From the human T2T-CHM13v2.0 reference genome, Homo sapiens, in NCBI RefSeq assembly GCF_009914755.1, contig NC_060925.1: a stretch of DNA of 64,000 nt. One strand, given 5' to 3'. The position numbers were made by a program, and so were the translations under genes. Below the pieces are notes generated by a model, which was not told the origin of the DNA, ran no database searches, and saw only the letters and a list, made by a program, of their open reading frames with translations. Position 1 is the first letter of the stretch. The number at the start of each line of letters is the position of its first letter. Positions 46,006 to 61,200 of the stretch are shown here, one piece after another.

Positions 46006-49000
46006 GAATGGTATCAACATCAAACGGAAAAAAACGGAATTATCGAATGGAATCGAAGAGAATCTTCGAACGGACCCGAATGGAATCATCTAATGGAATG
46101 GAATGGAATAATCCATGGACTCGAATGCAATCATCATCGAATGGAATCGAATGGAATCATTGAATGGACTCGAATGGAATAATCATTGAACGGAATCGAA
46201 TGGAATCATCATCGGATGGAAATGAATGGAATCATCATCGAATGGAATCGAATAGAATTATGGAATGAAATCCAGTGTGATCATCATCGAATGGACCCGA
46301 ATGGAATCATCATCCAACGGAAGCTAATGGAATCAACATCGAATGAATCGAAAGGAAACACCATCGAATTGAAACGAATGGAATTATCATGAAATTGAAA
46401 TGGATGGACTCATCATCGAATGGATTCGAATGGAATCATCGAATAAAATTGATTGAAATCATCATCGAATGGAATCGAATGGTATCATTGAATGGAATCG
46501 AATGGAATCATCATCAGATGGAAATGAATGGAATCGTCATAGAATGGAATCGAATGGATTCATTGAATGGAATCAGATGGAATCATCGAATGGACTCGAA
46601 TGGAATAATCATTGAACGGAATCGAATGGAATCATCATCGGATGGAAACGAATGGAATCATCATCGAATGGAAATGAAAGGAGTCATCATCTAATGGAAT
46701 TTCATGGAATCATCATCAAATGGAATCGAATGGAATCAACATCAAATGGAATCAAATGGAATCATTGAACGGAATTGAATGGAATCGTCATCGAATGAAT
46801 TGAATGCAATCATCGAATGGTCTCGAATGGAATCATCTTCAAATGGAATGGAATGGAATCATCGCATAGAATCGAATGGAATTATCATCGAATGGAATCG
46901 AATGTTATCAACATCAAACGGAAAATAACGGAATTATCGAATGGAATCGAAGAGAATCATCGAACGGACCCGAATGGAATCATCTAATGGAATGGAATGG
47001 AATAATCCACGGACTCGAATGCAATCATCGTCGAATGGAATCGAATAGAATCATCGAATGGACTCGAATGGAATAATCATTGAACGGAATCGAATGGAAT
47101 CATCATCGGATGGAAACGAATGGAATCATCATCGAATGGAATCGAATAGAATTATGGAATGAAATCCAGTGTGATCATCATCGAATGGACCCGAATGGAA
47201 TCATCATCCAACGGAAGCTAATGGAATCAACATCGAATGAATCAAATGGAAACACCATCGAATTGAAACGAATGGAATTACCATGAAATTGAAATGGATG
47301 GACTCATCATCAAATGGATTCGAATGGAATCATCGAATAAAATTGATTGAAATCATCATCGAATGGAATCGAATGGTATCATTGAATGGAATCGAATGGA
47401 ATCATCATCAGATGGAAATGAATGGAATCGTCATAGAATGGAATCGAATGGATTCATTGAATGGAATCAGATGGAATCATTGAATGGACTGGAATGGAAT
47501 CATTGAATGGACTCGAAAGGGATCATTATTGAATGGAATTGAATGGAATCATCGAATGGTCTCGATTGGAATCATTATCAAATGGAATCGAATGGAATCA
47601 CCGAATAGAATCGAATGGAACAATCATCGAATGGACTCAAATGGAATTATCCTCCAATGGAATGGAATGGAATTATCGAATGCAATCGAATGGAATTATC
47701 GAATGCAATCGAATAGAATCATCGAATGGACTCGAATGGAATCATCGAATGGAATGGAATGGAACAGTCAATGAACTCGAATGGAATCATCATTGAATGG
47801 AATCGAATGGAATCATCGAGTGGAATCGAATGGAATTATGATCAAATGGAATCGAATGTAATCATCATCAAATGGAATCAAAAATAACCATCATCAATTG
47901 GTATTGAATGGAATTGTCATCAAATGGAATTCAAAGGAATCATCATCAAATGGAACCGAATGGAATCCTCATTGAATGGAAATGAAAGGGGTCATCATCT
48001 AATGGAATCGCATGGAATCATCATCAAATGGAATCGAATGGAATCATCATCAAATGGAATCTAATGGAATCATTGAAAAGAATTGAATGGAATCGTCATC
48101 GAATGAATTGAATGCAATCATCGAATGGTCTCGAATGGAATCATCTTCTAATGGAAAGGAATGGAATCATCGCATAGAATCGAATGGAATTATCATCGAA
48201 TGGAATCGAATGGTATCAACACCAAACGGAAAAAAACGGAATTATCGAATGGAATCGAAGAGAATCTTCGAACGGACCCGAATGGAATCATCTAATGGAA
48301 TGGAATGGAATAATCCATGGACTCGAATGCAATCATCATCGAATGGAATCGAATGGAATCATCGAATGGACTCGAATGGAATAATCATTGAACGGAATCG
48401 AATGGAATCATCATCGGATGGAAACGAATGGAATCATCATCGAATGGAAATGAAAGGAGTCATCATCTAATGGAATTGCATGGAATCATCATAAAAGGGA
48501 ATCGAATGGAATCAACATCAAATGGAATCAAATGGAATCATTGAACGGAATTGAATGGAATCGTCATCGAATGAATTGAATGCAATCATCGAATGGTCTC
48601 GAATGGAATCATCTTCAAATAGAATGGAATGGAATCATCGCATAGAATCGAATGGAATTATCATCGAATGGAATCGAATGGAGTCAACATCAAACGGAAA
48701 AAAACGGAATTATCGAATGGAATCGAAGAGAATCATCGAATGGACCCGAATGGAATCATCTAATGGAATGGAATGGAATAATCCATGGACTCGAATGCAA
48801 TCATCATCGAATGGAATCGAATGGAATCATCGAATGGACTCGAATGGAATAATCATTGAACGGAATCGAATGGAATCATCATCGGATGGAAATGAATGGA
48901 ATCATCATCGAATGGAATCGAATAGAATTATGGAATGAAATCCAGTGTGATCATCATCGAATGGACCCGAATGGAATCATCATCCAACGTAAGCTAATGG

Positions 49001-50597
49001 AATCAACATCGAATGAATCGAATGGAAACACCATCGAATTGAAACGAATGGAATTACCATGAAATTGAAATGGATGGACTCATCATCGAATGGATTCGAA
49101 TGGAATCATCGAATAAAATTGATTGAAATCATCATCGAATTGTATCGAATAGTATCATTGAATGGAATCGAATGGAATCATCCTCAGATGGAAATGAATG
49201 GAATCGTCATAGAATGGAATCGAATGGATTCATTGAATGGAATCAGATGGAATCATCGAATGGACTGGAATGGAATCATTGAATGGACTCGAAAGGGATC
49301 ATTATTGAATGGAATTGAATGGAATCATCGAATGGTCCCGATGGAATCATTATCAAATGGAATCGAATGGAATCACCGAATAGAATCGAATGGAACAATC
49401 ATCGAATGGACTCAAATGGAATTATCCTCACATGGAATCGAATGGAATTATCGAATGCAATCGAATGGAATTATCGAATGCAATCGAATAGAATCATCGA
49501 ATGGACTCGAATGGAATCATCGAATGGAATGGAATGGAACAGTCAATGAACTCGAATGGAATCATCATTGAATGGAATCGAATGGAATCATCGAGTGGAA
49601 TCGAATGGAATTATGATCAAATGGAATCGAATTTAATCATCATCAAATGGAATCAAAAATAACCATCATCAATTGGTATTGAATGGAATTCTCATCAAAT
49701 GGAATTCAAAGGAATCATCATCAAATGGAACTGAATGGAATCCTCATTGAATGGAAATGAAAGGGGTCATCATCTAATGGAATCGCATGGAATCATCATC
49801 AAATGGAATCGAATGGAATCATCATCAAATGGAATCTGATGGAATCATTGAACAGAATTGAATGGAATCGTCATCGAATGAATTGAATTCAATCATCGAA
49901 TGGTCTCGAATGTAATCACATTCTAATGGAAAGGAATGGAATCATCGCATAGAATCGAATGGAATTAACATTGAATGGACTCGAATGGAATCAACATCAA
50001 ACGGAATCAAGCGGAATTATCGAATGGAATCGAAGAGAATCATCGAATGGTCTCGAATGGAATCATCTTCTAATGGAAAGGAATGGAATCATCTCATAGA
50101 ATCGAATGGAATTAACATTGAATGGACTCGAATGGAATCAACATCAAATGCAATCAAGCGGAATTGTCGAATGAAATCGAAGAGAATCATCGAATGGACT
50201 CGAATGGAATCATCTAATGGAATGGAATGGAATAATCCACGGACTCGAATGCAATCATCATCGTATAGAATCGAATGGAATGATCGAAAGGACTCGAATG
50301 GAATAACCATTGAACGGAATCGAATGGAATCATCATCGGATGGAAACGAATGGAATCATCATCGAATGGAAATGAAAGGAGTCATCATCTAATGGAATTG
50401 CATGGAATCATCATCAAATGGAATCGAATGGAATCATCATCAAATGGAATCAAATGGAATCATTGAACGGAATTGAATGGAATTGTCATCGAATGAATTG
50501 ACTGCAATCATCCAATGGTCTCGAATGGAATCATCTTCAAATGGAATGGAATGGAATCATCGCATAGAATCGAATGGAATTATCATCGAATGGAATC
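46006..50597 (+). repeat. Higher-order unit S, copy 6 (4592 bp)
   Basis: Spacing 46186->50778 = 4592; private variants at 48683 and 49151. Confidence 0.95.
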
Positions 50598-53500
50598 GAA
50601 TGGTATCAACATCAAACGGAAAAAAACGGAATTATCGAATGGAATCGAAGAGAATCTTCGAACGGACCCGAATGGAATCATCTAATGGAATGGAATGGAA
50701 TAATCCATGGACTCGAATGCAATCATCATCGAATGGAATCGAATGGAATCATTGAATGGACTCGAATGGAATAATCATTGAACGGAATCGAATGGAATCA
50801 TCATCGGATGGAAATGAATGGAATCATCATCGAATGGAATCGAATAGAATTATGGAATGAAATCCAGTGTGATCATCATCGAATGGACCCGAATGGAATC
50901 ATCATCCAACGGAAGCTAATGGAATCAACATCGAATGAATCGAAAGGAAACACCATCGAATTGAAACGAATGGAATTATCATGAAATTGAAATGGATGGA
51001 CTCATCATCGAATGGATTCGAATGGAATCATCGAATAAAATTGATTGAAATCATCATCGAATGGAATCGAATGGTATCATTGAATGGAATCGAATGGAAT
51101 CATCATCAGATGGAAATGAATGGAATCGTCATAGAATGGAATCGAATGGATTCATTGAATGGAATCAGATGGAATCATCGAATGGACTCGAATGGAATAA
51201 TCATTGAACGGAATCGAATGCAATCATCATCGGATGGAAACGAATGGAATCATCATTGAATGGAAATGAAAGGAGTCATCATCTAATGGAATTTCATGGA
51301 ATCATCATCAAATGGAATCGAATGGAATCAACATCAAATGGAATCAAATGGAATCATTGAACGGAATTGAATGGAATCGTCATCGAATGAATTGAATGCA
51401 ATCATCGAATGGTCTCGAATGGAATCATCTTCAAATGGAATGGAATGGAATCATCGCATAGAATCGAATGGAATTATCATCGAATGGAATCGAATGTTAT
51501 CAACATCAAACGGAAAATAACGGAATTATCGAATGGAATCGAAGAGAATCATCGAACGGACCCGAATGGAATCATCTAATGGAATGGAATGGAATAATCC
51601 ACGGACTCGAATGCAATCATCGTCGAATGGAATCGAATAGAATCATCGAATGGACTCGAATGGAATAATCATTGAACGGAATCGAATGGAATCATCATCG
51701 GATGGAAACGAATGGAATCATCATCGAATGGAATCGAATAGAATTATGGAATGAAATCCAGTGTGATCATCATCGAATGGACCCGAATGGAATCATCATC
51801 CAACGGAAGCTAATGGAATCAACATCGAATGAATCAAATGGAAACACCATCGAATTGAAACGAATGGAATTACCATGAAATTGAAATGGATGGACTCATC
51901 ATCAAATGGATTCGAATGGAATCATCGAATAAAATTGATTGAAATCATCATCGAATGGAATCGAATGGTATCATTGAATGGAATCGAATGGAATCATCAT
52001 CAGATGGAAATGAATGGAATCGTCATAGAATGGAATCGAATGGATTCATTGAATGGAATCAGATGGAATCATTGAATGGACTGGAATGGAATCATTGAAT
52101 GGACTCGAAAGGGATCATTATTGAATGGAATTGAATGGAATCATCGAATGGTCTCGATTGGAATCATTATCAAATGGAATCGAATGGAATCACCGAATAG
52201 AATCGAATGGAACAATCATCGAATGGACTCAAATGGAATTATCCTCCAATGGAATGGAATGGAATTATCGAATGCAATCGAATGGAATTATCGAATGCAA
52301 TCGAATAGAATCATCGAATGGACTCGAATGGAATCATCGAATGGAATGGAATGGAATGGAACAGTCAATGAACTCGAATGGAATCATCATTGAATGGAAT
52401 CGAATGGAATCATCGAGTGGAATCGAATGGAATTATGATCAAATGGAATCGAATGTAATCATCATCAAATGGAATCAAAAATAACCATCATCAATTGGTA
52501 TTGAATGGAATTGTCATCAAATGGAATTCAAAGGAATCATCATCAAATGGAACCGAATGGAATCCTCATTGAATGGAAATGAAAGGGGTCATCATCTAAT
52601 GGAATCGCATGGAATCATCATCAAATGGAATCGAATGGAATCATCATCAAATGGAATCCAATGGAATCATTGAAAGAATTGAATGGAATGGTCATCGAAT
52701 GAATTGAATGCAATCATCGAATGGTCTCGAATGGAATCATCTTCTAATGGAAAGGAATGGAATCATCGCATAGAATCGAATGGAATTATCATCGAATGGA
52801 ATCGAATGGTATCAACACCAAACGGAAAAAAACGGAATTATCGAATGGAATCGAAGAGAATCTTCGAACGGACCCGAATGGAATCATCTAATGGAATGGA
52901 ATGGAATAATCCATGGACTCGAATGCAATCATCATCGAATGGAATCGAATGGAATCATCGAATGGACTCGAATGGAATAATCATTGAACGGAATCGAATG
53001 GAATCATCATCGGATGGAAACGAATGGAATCATCATCGAATGGAAATGAAAGGAGTCATCATCTAATGGAATTGCATGGAATCATCATCAAATGGAATCG
53101 AATGGAATCAACATCAAATGGAATCAAATGGAATCATTGAACGGAATTGAATGGAATCGTCATCGAATGAATTGAATGCAATCATCGAATGGTCTCGAAA
53201 GGAATCATCTTCAAATGGAATGGAATGGAATCATCGCATAGAATCGAATGGAATTATCATCGAATGGAATCGAATGGAATCAACATCAAACGGAAAAAAA
53301 CGGAATTATCGAATGGAATCGAAGAGAATCATCGAATGGACCCGAATGGAATCATCTAATGGAATGGAATGGAATAATCCATGGACTCGAATGCAATCAT
53401 CATCGAATGGAATCGAATGGAATCATCGAATGGACTCGAATGGAATAATCATGGAACGGAATCGAATGGAATCATCATCGGATGGAAATGAATGGAATCA

Positions 53501-56500
53501 TCATCGAATGGAATCGAATAGAATTATGGAATGAAATCCAGTGTGATCATCATCGAATGGACCCGAATGGAATCATCATCCAACGGAAGCTAATGGAATC
53601 AACATCGAATGAATCAAATGGAAACACCATCGAATTGAAACGAATGGATTTACCATGAAATTGAAATGGATGGACTCATCATCAAATGGATTCGAGTGGA
53701 ATCATCGAATAAAATTGATTGAAATCATCATCGAATGTTATCGAATGGTATCATTGAATGGAATCGAATGGAATCATCATCAGATGGAAATGAAAGGAAT
53801 CGTCATAGAATGGAATCGAATGGATTCATTGAATGGAATCAGATGGAATCTTCGAATGGACTGGAATGGAATCATTGAATGGACTCGAAAGGGATCATTA
53901 TTGAATGGAATTGAATGGAATCATCGAATGGTCTCGATTGGAATCATTATCAAATGGAATCGAATGGAATCACCGAATAGAATCGAATGGAACAATCATC
54001 AAATGGACTCAAATGGAATTATCCTCAAATGGAATTGAATGGAATTATCGAATGCAATCGAATGGAATTATCGAATGCAATCGAATAGAATCATCGAATG
54101 GACTCGAATGGAATCATCGAATGGAATGGAATGGAACAGTCAATGAACTCGAATGGAATCATCATTGAATGGAATCGAATGGAATCATCGAGTGGAATCG
54201 AATGTAATCATCATCAAATGGAATCAAAAATAACCATCATCAAATGGAATCAAAAATAACCATCATCAATTGGTGTTGAATGGAATTCTCATCAAATGGA
54301 ATTCAAAGAAATCATCATCAAATGGAACCGAATGGAATCCTCATTGAATGGAAATGAAAGGGGTCATCATCTAATGGAATCGCATGGAATCATCATAAAA
54401 TGGAATCGAATGGAATCAACATCAAATGGAATCAAATGGAATCATTGAACGGAATTGAATGGAATCGTCATCGAAAGAATTGAATGCAATCATCGAATGG
54501 TCTCGAATGGAATCATCTTCAAATGGAATGGAATGGAATCATCGCATAGAATCGAAAGGAATTATCATCGAATGGAATCGAATGGAATCAACACCAAACG
54601 GAAAAAAACGGAATTATCGAATGGAATCGAAGAGAATCATCGAATGGACCCGAATGGAATCATCTAATGGAATGGAATGGAATAATCCATGGACTCGAAT
54701 GCAATCATCATCGAATGCAATCGAATGGAATCATCGAATGGACTCGAATGGAATAATCATTGAACGGAATCGAATGGAATCATCATCGGATGGAAACGAA
54801 TGGAATCATCATCGAATGGAATCGAATAGAATTATGGATTGAAATCCAGTGTGATCATCATCGAATGGACCCGAATGGAATCATCATCCAACGGAAGCTA
54901 ATGGAATCAACATCGAATGAATCGAAAGGAAACACCATCGAATTGAAACGAATGGAATTACCATGAAATTGAAATGGATGGACTCATCATCAAATGGATT
55001 CGTATGGAATCATCGAATAAAATTGATTGAAATCATCATCGAATGGAATCGAATGGTATCATTGAATGGAATCGAATGGAATCATCATCAGATGGAAATG
55101 AATGGAATCGTCATAGAATGGGATCGAATGGATTCATTGAATGGAATCAGATGGAATCATTGAATGGACTGGAATGGAATCATTGAATGGACTCGAAAGG
55201 GATCATTATTGAATGGAATTGAATGGAATCATCGAATGGTCTCGATAGGAATCATTATCAAATGGAATCGAATGGAATCACCGAATAGAATCGAATGGAA
55301 CAATCATCGAATGGACTCAAATGGAATTATCCTCTAATGGAATCGAATGGAATTATCGAATGTAATCGAATGGAATTCTCGAATGCAATCGAATAGAATC
55401 ATCGAATGGACTCGAATGGAATCATCGAATGGAATGGAATGGAACAGTCAATGAACTCGAATGGAATCATCATTGAATGGAATCGAATGGAATCATCGAG
55501 TGGAATCGAAAGGAATTATGACCAAATGGAATCGAATGTAATCATCATCAAATGGAATCAAAAATAACCATCATCAATTGGTATTGAATGGAATTGTCAT
55601 CAAATGGAATTCAAAGGAATCATCATCAAATGGAACCGAATGGAATCCTCATTGAATGGAAATGAAAGGGGTCATCATCTAATGGAATCGCATGGAATCA
55701 TCATCAAATGGAATCGAATGGAATCATCATCAAATGGAATCTAATGGAAACATTGAAAAGAATTGAATGGAATCGTCATCGAATGAATTGAATGCAATCA
55801 TCGAATGGTCTCGAATGGAATCATCTTCTAATGAAAAGGAATGGAATCATCGCATAGAATCGAATGGAATTATCATCGAATGGAATCGAATGGTATCAAC
55901 ACCAAACGGAAAAAAACGGAATTATCGAATGGAATCGAAGAGAATCTTCGAACGGACCCGAATGGAATCATCTAATGGAATGGAATGGAATAATCCATGG
56001 ACTCGAATGCAATCATCATCGAATGGAATCGAATGGAATCATCGAATGGACTCGAATGGAATAATCATTGAACGGAATCGAATGGAATCATCATCGGATG
56101 GAAACGAATGGAATCATCATCGAATGGAAATGAAAGGAGTCATCATCTAATGGAATTGCATGGAATCATCATCAAATGGAATCGAATGGAATCAACATCA
56201 AATGGAATCAAATGGAATCATTGAACGGAATTGAATGGAATCGTCATCGAATGAATTGAATGCAATCATCGAATGGTCTCGAATGGAATCATCTTCAAAT
56301 GGAATGGAATGGAATCATCGCATAGAATCGAATGGAATTATCATCGAATGGAATCGAATGGAATCAACATCAAACGGAAAAAAACGGAATTATCGAATGG
56401 AATCGAAGAGAATCATCGAATGGACCCGAATGGAATCATCTAATGGAATGGAATGGAATAATCCATGGACTCGAATGCAATCATCATCGAATGGAATCGA

Positions 56501-58277
56501 ATGGAATCATCGAATGGACTCGAATGGAATAATCATTGAACGGAATCGAATGGAATCATCATCGGATGGAAATGAATGGAATCATCATCGAATGGAATCG
56601 AATAGAATTATGGAATGAAATCCAGTGTGATCATCATCGAATGGACCCGAATGGAATCATCATCCAACGTAAGCTAATGGAATCAACATCGAATGAATCG
56701 AATGGAAACACCATCGAATTGAAACGAATGGAATTATCATGAAATTGAAATGGATGGACTCATCATCGAATGGATTCGAATGGAATCATCGAATAAAATT
56801 GATTGAAATCATCATCGAATGGTATCGAATGGTATCATTGAATGGAATCGAATGGAATCATCCTCAGATGGAAATGAATGGAATCGTCATAGAATGGAAT
56901 CGAATGGATTCATTGAATGGAATCAGATGGAATCATCGAATGGACTGGAATGGAATCATTGAATGGACTCGAAAGGGATCATTATTGAATGGAATTGAAT
57001 GGAATCATCGAATGGTCCCGATGGAATCATTATCAAATGGAATCGAATGGAATCACCGAATAGAATCGAATGGAACAATCATCGAATGGACTCAAATGGA
57101 ATTATCCTCACATGGAATCGAATGGAATTATCGAATGCAATCGAATGGAATTATCGAATGCAATCGAATAGAATCATCGAATGGACTCGAATGGAATCAT
57201 CGAATGGAATGGAATGGAACAGTCAATGAACTCGAATGGAATCATCATTGAATGGAATCGAATGGAATCATCGAGTGGAATCGAATGGAATTATGATCAA
57301 ATGGAATCGAATTTAATCATCATCAAATGGAATCAAAAATAACCATCATCAATTGGTATTGAATGGAATTCTCATCAAATGGAATTCAAAGGAATCATCA
57401 TCAAATGGAACTGAATGGAATCCTCATTGAATGGAAATGAAAGGGGTCATCATCTAATGGAATCGCATGGAATCATCATCAAATGGAATCGAATGGAATC
57501 ATCATCAAATGGAATCTGATGGAATCATTGAACAGAATTGAATGGAATCGTCATCGAATGAATTGAATTCAATCATCGAATGGTCTCGAATGTAATCACA
57601 TTCTAATGGAAAGGAATGGAATCATCGCATAGAATCGAATGGAATTAACATTGAATGGACTCGAATGGAATCAACATCAAACGGAATCAAGCGGAATTAT
57701 CGAATGGAATCGAAGAGAATCATCGAATGGTCTCGAATGGAATCATCTTCTAATGGAAAGGAATGGAATCATCTCATAGAATCGAATGGAATTAACATTG
57801 AATGGACTCGAATGGAATCAACATCAAATGCAATCAAGCGGAATTGTCGAATGAAATCGAAGAGAATCATCGAATGGACTCGAATGGAATCATCTAATGG
57901 AATGGAATGGAATAATCCACGGACTCGAATGCAATCATCATCGTATAGAATCGAATGGAATGATCGAAAGGACTCGAATGGAATAACCATTGAACGGAAT
58001 CGAATGGAATCATCATCGGATGGAAACGAATGGAATCATCATCGAATGGAAATGAAAGGAGTCATCATCTAATGGAATTGCATGGAATCATCATCAAATG
58101 GAATCGAATGGAATCATCATCAAATGGAATCAAATGGAATCATTGAACGGAATTGAATGGAATTGTCATCGAATGAATTGACTGCAATCATCCAATGGTC
58201 TCGAATGGAATCATCTTCAAATGGAATGGAATGGAATCATCGCATAGAATCGAATGGAATTATCATCGAATGGAATC
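50598..58277 (+). repeat. Higher-order unit L, copy 4 (7680 bp)
   Basis: Spacing 50778->58458 = 7680; private variants at 51221, 51257, 56737. Confidence 0.95.
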
Positions 58278-61200
58278 GAATGGTATCAACATCAAACGGA
58301 AAAAAACGGAATTATCGAATGGAATCGAAGAGAATCTTCGAACGGACCCGAATGGAATCATCTAATGGAATGGAATGGAATAATCCATGGACTCGAATGC
58401 AATCATCATCGAATGGAATCGAATGGAATCATTGAATGGACTCGAATGGAATAATCATTGAACGGAATCGAATGGAATCATCATCGGATGGAAATGAATG
58501 GAATCATCATCGAATGGAATCGAATAGAATTATGGAATGAAATCCAGTGTGATCATCATCGAATGGACCCGAATGGAATCATCATCCAACGGAAGCTAAT
58601 GGAATCAACATCGAATGAATCGAAAGGAAACACCATCGAATTGAAACGAATGGAATTATCATGAAATTGAAATGGATGGACTCATCATCGAATGGATTCG
58701 AATGGAATCATCGAATAAAATTGATTGAAATCATCATCGAATGGAATCGAATGGTATCATTGAATGGAATCGAATGGAATCATCATCAGATGGAAATGAA
58801 TGGAATCGTCATAGAATGGAATCGAATGGATTCATTGAATGGAATCAGATGGAATCATCGAATGGACTCGAATGGAATAATCATTGAACGGAATCGAATG
58901 GAATCATCATCGGATGGAAACGAATGGAATCATCATCGAATGGAAATGAAAGGAGTCATCATCTAATGGAATTTCATGGAATCATCATCAAATGGAATCG
59001 AATGGAATCAACATCAAATGGAATCAAATGGAATCATTGAACGGAATTGAATGGAATCGTCATCGAATGAATTGAATGCAATCATCGAATGGTCTCGAAT
59101 GGAATCATCTTCAAATGGAATGGAATGGAATCATCGCATAGAATCGAATGGAATTATCATCGAATGGAATCGAATGTTATCAACATCAAACGGAAAATAA
59201 CGGAATTATCGAATGGAATCGAAGAGAATCATCGAACGGACCCGAATGGAATCATCTAATGGAATGGAATGGAATAATCCACGGACTCGAATGCAATCAT
59301 CGTCGAATGGAATCGAATAGAATCATCGAATGGACTCGAATGGAATAATCATTGAACGGAATCGAATGGAATCATCATCGGATGGAAACGAATGGAATCA
59401 TCATCGAATGGAATCGAATAGAATTATGGAATGAAATCCAGTGTGATCATCATCGAATGGACCCGAATGGAATCATCATCCAACGGAAGCTAATGGAATC
59501 AACATCGAATGAATCAAATGGAAACACCATCGAATTGAAACGAATGGAATTACCATGAAATTGAAATGGATGGACTCATCATCGAATGGATTCGAATGGA
59601 ATCATCGAATAAAATTGATTGAAATCATCATCGAATGGAATCGAATGGTATCATTGAATGGAATCGAATGGAATCATCATCAGATGGAAATGAATGGAAT
59701 CGTCATAGAATGGAATCGAATGGATTCATTGAATGGAATCAGATGGAATCATTGAATGGACTGGAATGGAATCATTGAATGGACTCGAAAGGGATCATTA
59801 TTGAATGGAATTGAATGGAATCATCGAATGGTCTCGATTGGAATCATTATCAAATGGAATCGAATGGAATCACCGAATAGAATCGAATGGAACAATCATC
59901 GAATGGACTCAAATGGAATTATCCTCCAATGGAATGGAATGGAATTATCGAATGCAATCGAATGGAATTATCGAATGCAATCGAATAGAATCATCGAATG
60001 GACTCGAATGGAATCATCGAATGGAATGGAATGGAATGGAACAGTCAATGAACTCGAATGGAATCATCATTGAATGGAATCGAATGGAATCATCGAGTGG
60101 AATCGAATGGAATTATGATCAAATGGAATCGAATGTAATCATCATCAAATGGAATCAAAAATAACCATCATCAATTGGTATTGAATGGAATTGTCATCAA
60201 ATGGAATTCAAAGGAATCATCATCAAATGGAACCGAATGGAATCCTCATTGAATGGAAATGAAAGGGGTCATCATCTAATGGAATCGCATGGAATCATCA
60301 TCAAATGGAATCGAATGGAATCATCATCAAATGGAATCCAATGGAATCATTGAAAGAATTGAATGGAATGGTCATCGAATGAATTGAATGCAATCATCGA
60401 ATGGTCTCGAATGGAATCATCTTCTAATGGAAAGGAATGGAATCATCGCATAGAATCGAATGGAATTATCATCGAATGGAATCAAATGGTATCAACACCA
60501 AACGGAAAAAAACGGAATTATCGAATGGAATCGAAGAGAATCTTCGAACGGACCCGAATGGAATCATCTAATGGAATGGAATGGAATAATCCATGGACTC
60601 GAATGCAATCATCATCGAATGGAATCGAATGGAATCATCGAATGGACTCGAATGGAATAATCATTGAACGGAATCGAATGGAATCATCATCGGATGGAAA
60701 CGAATGGAATCATCATCGAATGGAAATGAAAGGAGTCATCATCTAATGGAATTGCATGGAATCATCATCAAATGGAATCGAATGGAATCAACATCAAATG
60801 GAATCAAATGGAATCATTGAACGGAATTGAATGGAATCGTCATCGAATGAATTGAATGCAATCATCGAATGGTCTCGAAAGGAATCATCTTCAAATGGAA
60901 TGGAATGGAATCATCGCATAGAATCGAATGGAATTATCATCGAATGGAATCGAATGGAATCAACATCAAACGGAAAAAAACGGAATTATCGAATGGAATC
61001 GAAGAGAATCATCGAATGGACCCGAATGGAATCATCTAATGGAATGGAATGGAATAATCCATGGACTCGAATGCAATCATCATCGAATGGAATCGAATGG
61101 AATCATCGAATGGACTCGAATGGAAAAATCATGGAACGGAATCGAATGGAATCATCATCGGATGGAAATGAATGGAATCATCATCGAATGGAATAGAATA

